64,000 nucleotides of DNA. Source: Candidatus Omnitrophota bacterium. GTDB taxonomy: Bacteria; Omnitrophota; Gorgyraeia; Velamenicoccales; JABMQK01. Position 1 is the stretch's first letter. The number at the start of each line of letters is the position of its first letter. Under the pieces are notes generated by a model, which was not told the origin of the DNA, made no database searches, and saw nothing but the letters and a program-made list of their open reading frames with translations. The stretch spans positions 1,432,928-1,496,927 of the forward strand of contig JAQTSV010000001.1 of assembly GCA_028711115.1 (NCBI GenBank). Direction: 5' to 3'. The translations under genes and the position numbers were made by a program. Shown here one piece after another: positions 9,630 through 18,759 of this stretch.

Positions 9630-10031
9630 TTATCCCCTTAACAACGAAGCTATGGTAATTGACTTTAATTCAGTTGTTACATATTTTTCTATGCTGTCGA
9701 TTTTTTTCTTCAAAGGACACGTATTAGTATTGGGACAATCCTTCTTTTTGAAAAAACATTCATTTAATTTAAATGCACCTTGAAATATCTCAATTAAATC
9801 TACAAGGAATATTTTCTCTGGGCGGCGTGCCAAGGTAAAACCTCCTCCCTGGCCTTTATATGAGTTAAGGATCCCTTCCGTATTTAATGCCTGGAGTATC
9901 TTTCTTAAAAAAGGCCCGGGTATTTTTAATCTTTTTACCAAATCAGAAACTGAAACGACTTCTTGATTTTCTTTTACTATAAAACAAAGCGCTCTTACAG
10001 CATAGTCGGTATATCTGGTTATTAACTTCAT
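9630..10031 (-). CDS. Rrf2 family transcriptional regulator
   Basis: 133 aa. N-terminal wHTH MKLITRYTDYAVRALCFI... and C-terminal Cys residues (C..C....C) that could ligate a cluster. Confidence 0.8.
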   Translation of the reverse strand: MKLITRYTDYAVRALCFIVKENQEVVSVSDLVKRLKIPGPFLRKILQALNTEGILNSYKGQGGGFTLARRPEKIFLVDLIEIFQGAFKLNECFFKKKDCPNTNTCPLKKKIDSIEKYVTTELKSITIASLLRG

Positions 10032-10085
10032 TCTACACTCCTTTAGAATTTTTATTAATCTTGATAACGGACGGGCAGTTTAACG

Positions 10086-10163
10086 TCATGCCCGGGACAA
10101 GATACTACAGCCTTCTTTACAATGCGCTACCGGCCTTAACATATATTTGATTGTTATGTCCAT
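10086..10163 (-). CDS. Candidate leader micro-ORF, 25 aa, MDITIKYMLRPVAHCKEGCSILSRA
   Basis: The minus strand reads GGAAAGGAGaagaagctATG. The ORF lies between the predicted promoter (10190-10217) and the Rrf2 start, and it contains CxxxC. Confidence 0.3.
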   Translation of the reverse strand: MDITIKYMLRPVAHCKEGCSILSRA

Positions 10164-10187
10164 AGCTTCTTCTCCTTTCCAATAGCT

Positions 10188-10217
10188 AAATGATACCACG
10201 TTGGTATCATTTGTCAA
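10188..10217 (-). promoter_or_regulatory. Sigma70-like promoter overlapped by a 10-5-10 inverted repeat (candidate Rrf2 operator)
   Basis: Minus strand: TTGACA (10212-10217), 16-nt spacer, TATCAT (10190-10195). The plus strand at 10188-10212 reads AAATGATACC-acgtt-GGTATCATTT, with perfect 10-bp arms that cover the spacer and the -10 box. Confidence 0.5.
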
Positions 10218-10314
10218 GAAAAAAAGTTAAAAACCTTATATTTCTTTATAAAAAGGGATTTTAAAAGATAACGGGCTTGCTTTTGGATAAAGGATAAATC
10301 CCGGTCTTATTCTA

Positions 10315-10668
10315 TTACTGGCCAGATACCTTGATTTCTTTTTTCAACGCTCCGCTTATGCTACAGTAAGCTTCAACCGAAAGTACATCTCCTTCTTTTG
10401 CGTCGGGGATAAGATAACTTACAGTCTGAGTGGTATTATTATCCTGCCGTGAGATTTCCTGGCTGATTATTTCTTTGTCATTTAAACCTACATCGACCTT
10501 TTTAATAAAGTGGTTTTGCGGATTGACGACCTGGTGGGTGATAACTGCCTTCAATATCTTACTCGCTGGATCAAAAGTTATAGTTATATCCGATGGGGGA
10601 TGGGCATAAGCTGTGGAGCAAAATAAAACAAAGAAGCAAAAAACGATAAACAGACTTAATCTTCTCAT
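10315..10668 (-). CDS. Small secreted protein, unknown function
   Basis: 117 aa. Signal peptide MRRLSLFIVFCFFVLFCSTAYA, no recognisable motif. Confidence 0.4.
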   Translation of the reverse strand: MRRLSLFIVFCFFVLFCSTAYAHPPSDITITFDPASKILKAVITHQVVNPQNHFIKKVDVGLNDKEIISQEISRQDNNTTQTVSYLIPDAKEGDVLSVEAYCSISGALKKEIKVSGQ

Positions 10669-10670
10669 AG

Positions 10671-11417
10671 CTAAGCTCCTTTCTTGCGGGTTAACTTATC
10701 TAATAAGGGCACAGCCGCATTTAAAACTAACAAACTGCAAAGTTCAACATCAAACCTGGCACCCGTTTCTGTTAAAATAAATATAAGAATGCAAAGGCAC
10801 ATGCCAAACATAAATTTTACTGGCGGCCTTATGGGCGTCGTCTTTGGTTCAATCACCATAATAAAAACATAGAAATAACTTAAATATCCGAATATATTAA
10901 AGAAATTTATCCTCTGGATGAATGCCTGAGTACCGAATAATACTAGAAAAGCAAGAAAATAGCCTGCGATTATTTCTATTTTCCTAATTTTGTAGACAAA
11001 ATAAACTCCGACTGGAACGAGAATATACCAAAGGTAAGTTCCCTTCCATTGCGTCGTGGCATGAAATAATAAAATAGAAACAAATATTCCCAAAGCCGCG
11101 GGGTTGAACAAATGTTTTTTATTTACGGCTATAAAATATTTTGAACCAATTGCCAATAAAGAAGCCAGTAAAAATATCCATAAACTCTGCTGGCTATAAA
11201 GTACATAACCAATAATTAATCCCGTAATAACAGAGCTTTCCGTTATAAAAAATTTTTTTTCTTTCAGATATATGATAACTGAATCTAAAACTACGGCTGA
11301 AACAACACTAACGACAGTGCTGAGCAAAAACATTACGTCTTTATCTGCAATGTATAAGTAAAATGCAAAAACCGTTAAAAATAGTATCAATTGAGTCTTT
11401 ATGGAATTTAATTTCAT
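10671..11417 (-). CDS. Polytopic membrane protein (weak RnfD/NqrB-like FNPAA motif)
   Basis: 248 aa with about 7 hydrophobic helices. KHLFNPAALGIF resembles the RnfD/NqrB family. The assignment is weak. Confidence 0.3.
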   Translation of the reverse strand: MKLNSIKTQLILFLTVFAFYLYIADKDVMFLLSTVVSVVSAVVLDSVIIYLKEKKFFITESSVITGLIIGYVLYSQQSLWIFLLASLLAIGSKYFIAVNKKHLFNPAALGIFVSILLFHATTQWKGTYLWYILVPVGVYFVYKIRKIEIIAGYFLAFLVLFGTQAFIQRINFFNIFGYLSYFYVFIMVIEPKTTPIRPPVKFMFGMCLCILIFILTETGARFDVELCSLLVLNAAVPLLDKLTRKKGA

Positions 11418-11594
11418 ATTACAGGAAAGAATTGGTTGAATTAATCTGAACGGAAATCATCTGATATAGATATCAGTTTAATATATTCCCTATGCCTCTG
11501 CTACCAGGAATATTCTTCTGTTAATTCACTATAGCATAGAATATATTGCTGGAAAATATAAAAATTATATTTTTTAAAAGCCATATTTGTTATA

Positions 11595-13934
11595 ATGGTT
11601 ACCGTGAATGATTCAAAGATAAATCCTGTTACAAATAACCGTAAAACCTCCTTCTTCTTTTTTGCGGCTGTTCTCTTCGTGCTTACGCTGGCGATGTTTG
11701 GCCAAGTCTTATTCAGTTTCCAAAACAGAGTCTTTTCCAGGCCGGATGCAGACCTTGCGCTACAATTTATACCATGGAGAGAATTTGGTTTTGGTGAACT
11801 GCGCAAAGGAAATCTTGCGCTATGGAATCCTTATATATTTTCTGGTATGCCTTATCTGGGAGAATCCCAATCGGCGCTGCTCTACCCTCTGAATCTAATA
11901 TACATATTCACTCCCTTAGCCAAAGCAATCAATATCAGCATAGTTCTGCATATTTTTCTTGGTGGGATATTTATGTATCTGTGGGTTTCCCGTAGAAAAC
12001 TTCATCCCTTGGCTTGTTTTCTTTCATCTTCATTATTTATGTTTTGCGGTGCACACTTCTTGCATATTTATGTAGGCCATCTTCCTAATCTTTGTGCAAT
12101 AATTTGGGTGCCGCTTATTTTCTTGGCAATCGACGGATTATATGAAGACAATTCTTTTAAATGGTGCCTTTTGGGCATATTCGCCATCGCCATGCAAATA
12201 CTTGCTGGCCATCCACAATATGTCTTCTATACTGCTGTGGCTGTCTTAATTTATTCTGTATTTTGTTTAATCAATACAAAACAGCGTTTAAAATTGGCTT
12301 TGGGGATTTTTATTATGTATGCCGGTGCCTTTATGCTTACGGCTGTCCAGATCTTAAGCACGACGGAAGCCACGGCAGAGAGTGTGCGCAGAGGCGGCAT
12401 ACCATTTGAATTTGCCTCCATGTTCTCATTCCCTCCGGAAAATCTTATTACGTTACTTACGCCGAACTTTTTCGGAGACAATATCTCGTTTCCTTATTGG
12501 GGCCGTTGCTATCTCTGGGAAATGTCTTTATTTATAAGCGTGACGGCGTTGATTTTGGCTATCTATGGCGCTATTTATGGCAATAAAAATCTCAGGCGTT
12601 TTTCTTTGGCCATGGCAATTATCTTAATCTTGTTTTCTCTGGGCTCGCATACTCCTCTATTTCGCTTTTTATATAATTTTATTCCGGGTTTTAATTTATT
12701 CCGCGGTAATTCCAAATTTATATTGCTGGCCTCCTTGTTTATAATTTTACTTAGCGGCATTGGTATGGATAAGATTATCCGTTCGAAATCAATACCCAAA
12801 GCAATAATTATAGCCCTCTTCCTTGCAGGAATTTCTTTATTGGCGGCAACATTCTGTCTTCAAAATCCAGCAGCCGTAAAAACTAATGGAGGTCTCTGGA
12901 GCCACATTCTAAAAGCAATACAAACGACACACGAATCTTATCTCCTTATGCCCGGATACAATATAAATCCTGATTTTATTCGAAAGGCCGCAATGTTCGC
13001 AACTAAGAATTTATTTATTACGGCGAGCATATTGTTAGTATTGGCGTTATTATTTATTCTGCGCAGGCTATCTCATCGTATTGCTTATGTAATAGCGATA
13101 ATGGCTGTCATAGAAATATTTTTATTTGCAAAACATTCTCTTCCATATTTTGACCCTGCATCAATACAGAATCATAACCTGAATAAATTTCTTGCAGAAT
13201 ATCCTGGCGACTATCGTATCATAGACCCTAATAATCCGAATAATGCTATGCAACTTAAAATAGCGAATGTATGGGGATATGACCCGGGCGTATTAAAACG
13301 ATATGCCGAATTTATGGCATTTACACAAGGCATAAACCCTGACCAGGCAAACCAATATCTTGATTTTCATTATTTTCACCCTTTATACAATATGCTGCGC
13401 TGCCGTTACTTTGTTTCTTACAGTGATAACGGGATGCAGATTGTAGATAATAATTATATGCCGCATTGTGTATTAATCCATGACTGGCTGCTTATTACAA
13501 AGCGCGATGATATATTGCGAACTATGCAAAAACCTGGTTTTAATCCTGCTGAAACCGTCATTCTGGAAAAACAACCTAATCCTTTGCCTGTAAAATATAC
13601 TGAATCAGAAACAGTGCAAATAACTGATTCCTCCACAGACCATCTGATTCTTGAAGCAGATCTGCCTTCGCCTGCGATATTACTTGTTACCGATGCGTAC
13701 AGTAAAGGTTGGCGGGCAAAATCCCTAAAAGGAAGTGTACAGAAAAATTATGAAGTTATGCCTGCTAATTATATTTTACGTGCCATTCCTCTCTCGGCAG
13801 GACACCATCACCTTCGCCTGGAATATATGCCTTTAGGATTTCAGGTGGGAAAATGGATATCGCTTGTATCGCTATTTATCTATATTGGTTTACTGGGATG
13901 GTATTTTCGAAAAACACTGCGTCTAAAATCCTAA
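11595..13934 (+). CDS. Large YfhO-like integral membrane protein (putative glycosyl/lipid-linked glycan transferase)
   Basis: 779 aa. It has more than 12 N-terminal TM helices, a soluble C-terminal region and a final TM helix, as in the YfhO family. It is the only long plus-strand gene. Confidence 0.45.
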   Translation: MVTVNDSKINPVTNNRKTSFFFFAAVLFVLTLAMFGQVLFSFQNRVFSRPDADLALQFIPWREFGFGELRKGNLALWNPYIFSGMPYLGESQSALLYPLNLIYIFTPLAKAINISIVLHIFLGGIFMYLWVSRRKLHPLACFLSSSLFMFCGAHFLHIYVGHLPNLCAIIWVPLIFLAIDGLYEDNSFKWCLLGIFAIAMQILAGHPQYVFYTAVAVLIYSVFCLINTKQRLKLALGIFIMYAGAFMLTAVQILSTTEATAESVRRGGIPFEFASMFSFPPENLITLLTPNFFGDNISFPYWGRCYLWEMSLFISVTALILAIYGAIYGNKNLRRFSLAMAIILILFSLGSHTPLFRFLYNFIPGFNLFRGNSKFILLASLFIILLSGIGMDKIIRSKSIPKAIIIALFLAGISLLAATFCLQNPAAVKTNGGLWSHILKAIQTTHESYLLMPGYNINPDFIRKAAMFATKNLFITASILLVLALLFILRRLSHRIAYVIAIMAVIEIFLFAKHSLPYFDPASIQNHNLNKFLAEYPGDYRIIDPNNPNNAMQLKIANVWGYDPGVLKRYAEFMAFTQGINPDQANQYLDFHYFHPLYNMLRCRYFVSYSDNGMQIVDNNYMPHCVLIHDWLLITKRDDILRTMQKPGFNPAETVILEKQPNPLPVKYTESETVQITDSSTDHLILEADLPSPAILLVTDAYSKGWRAKSLKGSVQKNYEVMPANYILRAIPLSAGHHHLRLEYMPLGFQVGKWISLVSLFIYIGLLGWYFRKTLRLKS

Positions 13935-13943
13935 AGCAAATAT

Positions 13944-14666
13944 TTAAATCCGGACAATATTTACATTTCCCCAAGCGCCCATCTTATCGTCTTTAATAAT
14001 AACCACGCCTGTAATTCCTTTTACGCCTTGAGCGAATTTTATTCCCTGAGGGATATCGTCTTTATTTTTAACAATATTGCCTATGGCCGTGGCTCCTGCA
14101 TCAGCTAAAAAAGCAGAGGAAGAAAGCACAACTGCTGCATCGGCCTTGCCGAAACTCAAAGAATGTCCTATTGTCCCGGCTGAAGTACAAATCCCCATCG
14201 GCGTGTCTTTTGCCTCTATCTCCAGAGCTATCTTTTTATTAAATGAAGATGTCCCGGAATATATTGCCACACGCCTCTTAAGAGAACTCTTAATAAAAAT
14301 ATCTCCGCCGTTTTCTATGATTATATCTTTGGTATATTTAAGTAAATCTTTACCTACACACTCTGCTATGGCGCCGGCCACAGCAGCAAAAGGTCCTACG
14401 CCAACCAGGGCCGCAGCCTTAGCCATTTCCCTGACGATGAAAGGGGCTTTGCCGTTAACCTTGTAAGGCTTAAGCGTAGTCTGGAATTCAGGGTCTGTCC
14501 TGACATATTCTTCTATCTGAGCCCTGTATTCCGTCACCAAATCCACTGTCTCAATTGATAAATCCCGTTCGGCCTTGACAAAGAGGTCTGTCTCTTTAAC
14601 CATGACCTGGAATCCCATCAAATCATCCTCTTTAACCCAATCGCGATAAACCCTTTGTTCGTACAT
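13944..14666 (-). CDS. UPF0280/COG2122 (ApbE-like) protein associated with sulfide assimilation
   Basis: 240 aa. The N-terminal YRDWVKEDDLMGFQVMVKETDL pattern fits UPF0280. It directly abuts the NIL-ferredoxin gene. Confidence 0.55.
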   Translation of the reverse strand: MYEQRVYRDWVKEDDLMGFQVMVKETDLFVKAERDLSIETVDLVTEYRAQIEEYVRTDPEFQTTLKPYKVNGKAPFIVREMAKAAALVGVGPFAAVAGAIAECVGKDLLKYTKDIIIENGGDIFIKSSLKRRVAIYSGTSSFNKKIALEIEAKDTPMGICTSAGTIGHSLSFGKADAAVVLSSSAFLADAGATAIGNIVKNKDDIPQGIKFAQGVKGITGVVIIKDDKMGAWGNVNIVRI

Positions 14667-15074
14667 CTAGAAATGCACCTCCATTGCCCGCACAGGGCAG
14701 GCCTTGATGCAAAGTTCGCAGGCAATACACTTATCGTTATAAAAATTAACCTTTCTTGTCAAAGGATCAACTACTAAAGCGGCTGTGGGACATATCGGCA
14801 CACATACGCCGCAATGCGTACATTTTGCCTCATTACGGACAACATCCCGCGACAAAGGCTGCACCTTTACGCCGGATTCTTTTAAATAGTTTACACCCTG
14901 CTTATAATCTTTTTCCTCGCCGTTCAACTCCAATACCAACAAACCTTCTTCTTTGGGAGTTATGGAGGCCTTGAGAATATTAAATTTCAGATTATAATCT
15001 TTGACTAATTTGTAAACTATAGGCTGATCCACCAGCTTATTAGGAAAATGCAAAACAATTTTTTTGGAAACCAT
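14667..15074 (-). CDS. NIL domain - 4Fe-4S ferredoxin fusion (homocysteine-biosynthesis partner, MA1822-type)
   Basis: 135 aa. N-terminal NIL-like domain followed by CTHCGVCVPICP and CIACELCIKACP. Confidence 0.65.
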   Translation of the reverse strand: MVSKKIVLHFPNKLVDQPIVYKLVKDYNLKFNILKASITPKEEGLLVLELNGEEKDYKQGVNYLKESGVKVQPLSRDVVRNEAKCTHCGVCVPICPTAALVVDPLTRKVNFYNDKCIACELCIKACPVRAMEVHF

Positions 15075-15104
15075 GTTTGTGCCTCCTGTATTTACTGAAA
15101 ATAA

Positions 15105-16313
15105 TTATTTATCCAACGGCCTTTCCTTAAGCGGCTTAAATGTATAGCCGGATTCTTCTCCGGGTAAAGATGCTACCGGTTCTGTAAGCAGGAAATCTCC
15201 TTTTTTAATCCAGGTTTTTAATGTGTTGGCGATTTCTACAGCCTTGGAATAACTGGAAATGCCGCCCGTAGGCACATCCTTATCCTGCACTTTGATATGC
15301 CCGCTCTTTAGCTGGGCGTAATTTACTTCTCCCAAGCTTGAACCTTTTCCTTGCGGATAATTCTCGCTATAGTCGATAATCTGCGTCCATATATCTTCAT
15401 CTTTTATCGCCGTGTATTTGCATATCTGTTCATTTAATATAGGAATGGGTATGCCAATTCCCACGGTAAGCGTAACGCCGTAGCCGTGGAATGTTGCGCC
15501 TCTTAACCACTCCGGTTTCATCTGTTTTAAATCCCCTATGACAGCCAAAGTCCCGGCCGGCGCCTGCGTAACGCCGCTTTCTTTGCGTTTAACGGTAGGA
15601 TTATGCTGCGTCCCGTGCCAGGCAACATAGCCAATGCCTCCGCCCAAAAAAATCCGCGTGCCGATGCCTATGGTTTTATAGTAAGGATCGTTTAAAAGCG
15701 GAGATAATTGTCCTGCGCTGCAGTAATTAGCGTTCCCCAGATGCGGCTTGAGCGTACCCATATAGGTATATATAACCCTGTCGGATAAATTTACCGCAAC
15801 ATTATAATTTTGATAAACGTTTCTGGGATTAAATAAAACCGCTTCATTTAAATCCTTGATATTTACCCAGGTTTCTAATTTTTTACGCGGATAACAATCT
15901 GTGCCGTAAGCTGAGGCTACTAACTTTACGTCTTTACCGGCCACCAGGTCTTCAATCACATGCCCGCCGCCGTATTCGAAATCCCCCGGATATAATTTAT
16001 TGCGCGGATCTTCGTCCGGCAAAGCCGTTGCGCCCAGATAAATATCCACCGCGGCAAAACCCGCGTATACAGGCACGTCGTTTAAAGTGGCTTTTCCGCC
16101 GCCGATTTTTATCTTTGGCTTTGTGTGCCCCACATTTATATACGCACCTGATGAACACATCGGTCCAAACGTGGCCGTAGTTACCACATCGACTTCTTCT
16201 GCGGCTTTCGCCAGGCCTTTTTTATCGACGATATCAATAATTTCCTCGGCAGTGACTACAACCGCTTTTCCTTTCTTAATTTTTTCATTAATCTCTTTAA
16301 TCGTCTTCGCCAT
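15105..16313 (-). CDS. COG1900/DUF39 homocysteine biosynthesis protein (sulfide-dependent, MA1821-type, no CBS domains)
   Basis: 402 aa. The N-terminus KTIKEINEKIKKGKAVVVTAEEI and the overall pattern are typical of DUF39. It is adjacent to NIL-ferredoxin, as in methanogens. Confidence 0.65.
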   Translation of the reverse strand: MAKTIKEINEKIKKGKAVVVTAEEIIDIVDKKGLAKAAEEVDVVTTATFGPMCSSGAYINVGHTKPKIKIGGGKATLNDVPVYAGFAAVDIYLGATALPDEDPRNKLYPGDFEYGGGHVIEDLVAGKDVKLVASAYGTDCYPRKKLETWVNIKDLNEAVLFNPRNVYQNYNVAVNLSDRVIYTYMGTLKPHLGNANYCSAGQLSPLLNDPYYKTIGIGTRIFLGGGIGYVAWHGTQHNPTVKRKESGVTQAPAGTLAVIGDLKQMKPEWLRGATFHGYGVTLTVGIGIPIPILNEQICKYTAIKDEDIWTQIIDYSENYPQGKGSSLGEVNYAQLKSGHIKVQDKDVPTGGISSYSKAVEIANTLKTWIKKGDFLLTEPVASLPGEESGYTFKPLKERPLDK

Positions 16314-16357
16314 TTTCCCTCCAAACTTAATATTCTCTATAATATTTTTTGATTTGA

Positions 16358-17326
16358 TTATTTCTCATCAAAATAATCTTTAAATAATACCGACGATAAA
16401 TATCTTTCCCCTGAATCCGGTAAAATCACTACGAATGTTTTTTCTTTAAACTCCGGTAATTTGCTTAATCTGTCGGCTGCTGCCACTGCCGCGCCGCAGG
16501 AAATTCCCGAAAGTATTCCCTCTTCTGTGGCTAACCTCCTGGCGTAATCAATTGCATCGTCGTCAGAAACCTGCTCAACTCTATCCACCAGTGATAAATC
16601 TAAAACCTCGGGGATAAAACCCGCGCCGATTCCCTGTATCTTATGAGGCTTGGGCAAAAGCGCCTGTCCATTTAATTTTTGGCTGATTACCGGGCTCTCT
16701 TTGGGCTCAACCGCGACTGAAATAATCTTTTTCTTCATTTTGTTTTTTATAAATCTCGATATGCCGGTGATAGTACCTCCTGTGCCGACTCCGGAAATTA
16801 AAACATCTATTTCGCCGTTTGTATCCTGCCAGATTTCAGGCCCGGTTGTCTCTTCGTGAATTTTGGGATTTGCCGGATTATTAAATTGCTGCAGTAACAC
16901 ATATTTATCAGGATATTTTTTAGCCAATTCTTCGGCCTTGTCCACTGCACCTTTCATCCCTTTAGCGCCGTCTGTCAATATCAAATTTGCTCCGAGAATC
17001 TTTAAGATTTTTCTTCTTTCAAGGCTCATTGTATCCGGCATAGTCAAATTGACTTTATATCCTCTGGCAGCTCCCACAAAAGCCAAAGCGATGCCGGTAT
17101 TTCCGCTGGTAGGTTCAATTATTTCTTTTCCTGATTTTAAAATCCCTTTATTCTCGGCATCCCAGATCATGCTCGCGCCAATACGGCATTTGACTGAATA
17201 AGACGGATTTCTCCCTTCTATTTTTGCCAAGACTTTGGCATTTTTATCTGCTATTACCTTTTTTAAACGCACCAAAGGAGTATTGCCGATAGAAAACGAA
17301 TTATCGTCATAAATTCTTCCCATCAC
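16358..17326 (-). CDS. cysK: Cysteine synthase A (O-acetylserine sulfhydrylase)
   Basis: 322 aa. PLP-lysine motif [19 protein letters not shown], and the GTGGTITG loop. Confidence 0.85.
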   Translation of the reverse strand: MMGRIYDDNSFSIGNTPLVRLKKVIADKNAKVLAKIEGRNPSYSVKCRIGASMIWDAENKGILKSGKEIIEPTSGNTGIALAFVGAARGYKVNLTMPDTMSLERRKILKILGANLILTDGAKGMKGAVDKAEELAKKYPDKYVLLQQFNNPANPKIHEETTGPEIWQDTNGEIDVLISGVGTGGTITGISRFIKNKMKKKIISVAVEPKESPVISQKLNGQALLPKPHKIQGIGAGFIPEVLDLSLVDRVEQVSDDDAIDYARRLATEEGILSGISCGAAVAAADRLSKLPEFKEKTFVVILPDSGERYLSSVLFKDYFDEK

Positions 17327-17387
17327 TCCCGCCTTTCTTAAATTACAACTATCCCCACTAAACTAATTATCTAAATTTTATATGATA

Positions 17388-18182
17388 TTATTTTCTTTTA
17401 ATAATACCTTTGACTACTTCTGCGGCTTTTCTGCCGGAAATAAACATTCCGCCGAAAATCGCTCCCATCCTGGGTGAACCCAAAACCGCATTCGCCGCCA
17501 TGCCGCAAACCACCAATCCTGGATAAACCTCTTTGGTATTGGCTACTATCTGGCCTTCGCCTACTTCAACCCACATGGATTTTTCTCCCATTATTTTGCC
17601 TGTCTCTGTCTTAAGCTTGGGGCCGATTTTTCTTTCTACGATTTTGCATACCTCGGTATCGTGCCCTGTGGCATCCACCACTGCCTTTGATTTTATGGCT
17701 AACGGATCCACATGAAGCTTCGACCACGAAACCGCGCTCCAGTTTAAAACTAAACCTGTAATTTTATCTTTTCTTATTACCACGTCCTCCACATTTATAA
17801 GATTGAATATCTTTACGCCTTGTTTTATGGTTTTGGAACACATAGTAGAAATTGTCTCCAAAGAATCGGCAACATAAAGATCGTCTTTATATTTTTTAAT
17901 ATTTATATCAAACTCCTCCATAATACCTTTGGCTTCCTCCTGGATTACAATGCGGTTAAACATCATTCCACCGCCGGGCAATCCGCCCCCCACACGCAAT
18001 TGTCTTTCAAATATTGCTACCTTGAAACCCTGTTTGGCTAAATAATAGGCACAGATAAGCCCTGATGGCCCTGCGCCGGCAATTGCCACGTCAACGCTAA
18101 GAGCGTCGAGCAAATCCTTGTTGAAACTTTCTATGATTGCCCGCGAGATAATTACTTCATCCATTTCCTGCTCCTTTTTCAT
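17388..18182 (-). CDS. thi4: Thiazole synthase Thi4, His-type (sulfide-dependent, non-suicidal form)
   Basis: 264 aa. DVAIAGAGPSGL dinucleotide motif and GGGMMFN. DATGHD occurs where eukaryotic THI4 carries the sacrificial Cys. Confidence 0.75.
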   Translation of the reverse strand: MKKEQEMDEVIISRAIIESFNKDLLDALSVDVAIAGAGPSGLICAYYLAKQGFKVAIFERQLRVGGGLPGGGMMFNRIVIQEEAKGIMEEFDINIKKYKDDLYVADSLETISTMCSKTIKQGVKIFNLINVEDVVIRKDKITGLVLNWSAVSWSKLHVDPLAIKSKAVVDATGHDTEVCKIVERKIGPKLKTETGKIMGEKSMWVEVGEGQIVANTKEVYPGLVVCGMAANAVLGSPRMGAIFGGMFISGRKAAEVVKGIIKRK

Positions 18183-18184
18183 TG

Positions 18185-18628
18185 TTAAATATAATAATTA
18201 AGCTGTTCCTGTTGTTTAAATTTACTGCAAAGATCCTCAAAGGTTACTTTATCCACAATATCAGAAATAGATTCGGATACTTTGTTCCATATATTTCTGA
18301 ACACACACTTCTGCATATCGCTGCAGCCTTTGTATGGCTTATTTTTATTTGCGCAGGCAATGGGCTCAATAGGACCATCGACAAACCTGACCACATCTCC
18401 TAGCTTAATATTCTTTGGTTGTTTTGCTAAATAGTATCCGCCTTTTATGCCGCGCTTGCTCTCCACGAAACCACCTCTTTTTAACTCCAGTAGAATCTGT
18501 TCTAAGAATTTCACCGGTATATCTAATCTTTCCGCAAGCTCATTAATCGTCACTACATCTTTATTATACTGTATAGCTAAATATAAAATTGCTTTTAGCG
18601 AATAATCTCCCTTATAGGTTATCTGCAT
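18185..18628 (-). CDS. Rrf2 family transcriptional regulator (CymR/IscR-like)
   Basis: 147 aa. wHTH YSLKAILYLAIQYNKDVVTINELAERLDIP plus C-terminal Cys residues. It is the first gene of the sulfur operon. Confidence 0.8.
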   Translation of the reverse strand: MQITYKGDYSLKAILYLAIQYNKDVVTINELAERLDIPVKFLEQILLELKRGGFVESKRGIKGGYYLAKQPKNIKLGDVVRFVDGPIEPIACANKNKPYKGCSDMQKCVFRNIWNKVSESISDIVDKVTFEDLCSKFKQQEQLNYYI

Positions 18629-18669
18629 ACAATCTCCATAATGTCTATAGTATTAGTAGTGTTTCTGAA

Positions 18670-18698
18670 AGTATACTTTATCGCGCTTAATATGTCAA
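18670..18698 (-). promoter_or_regulatory. Sigma70-like promoter for the Rrf2/thi4/cysK operon
   Basis: Minus strand: TTGACA (18693-18698), 17-nt spacer, TATACT (18670-18675). GGAG lies 5 nt upstream of the ATG at 18628. Confidence 0.5.
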
Positions 18699-18759
18699 GT
18701 ATTTTTTATCTTTGGTGGGTTTTATCTGAGGAAGTTATTAAAAATTGAAGAGTGACCGT

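Noticed and set aside
11501-11806. A 101-aa minus-strand ORF in the divergent region.
   Set aside because: It overlaps the start of the 779-aa plus-strand membrane protein, has no RBS or motif, and is likely spurious.
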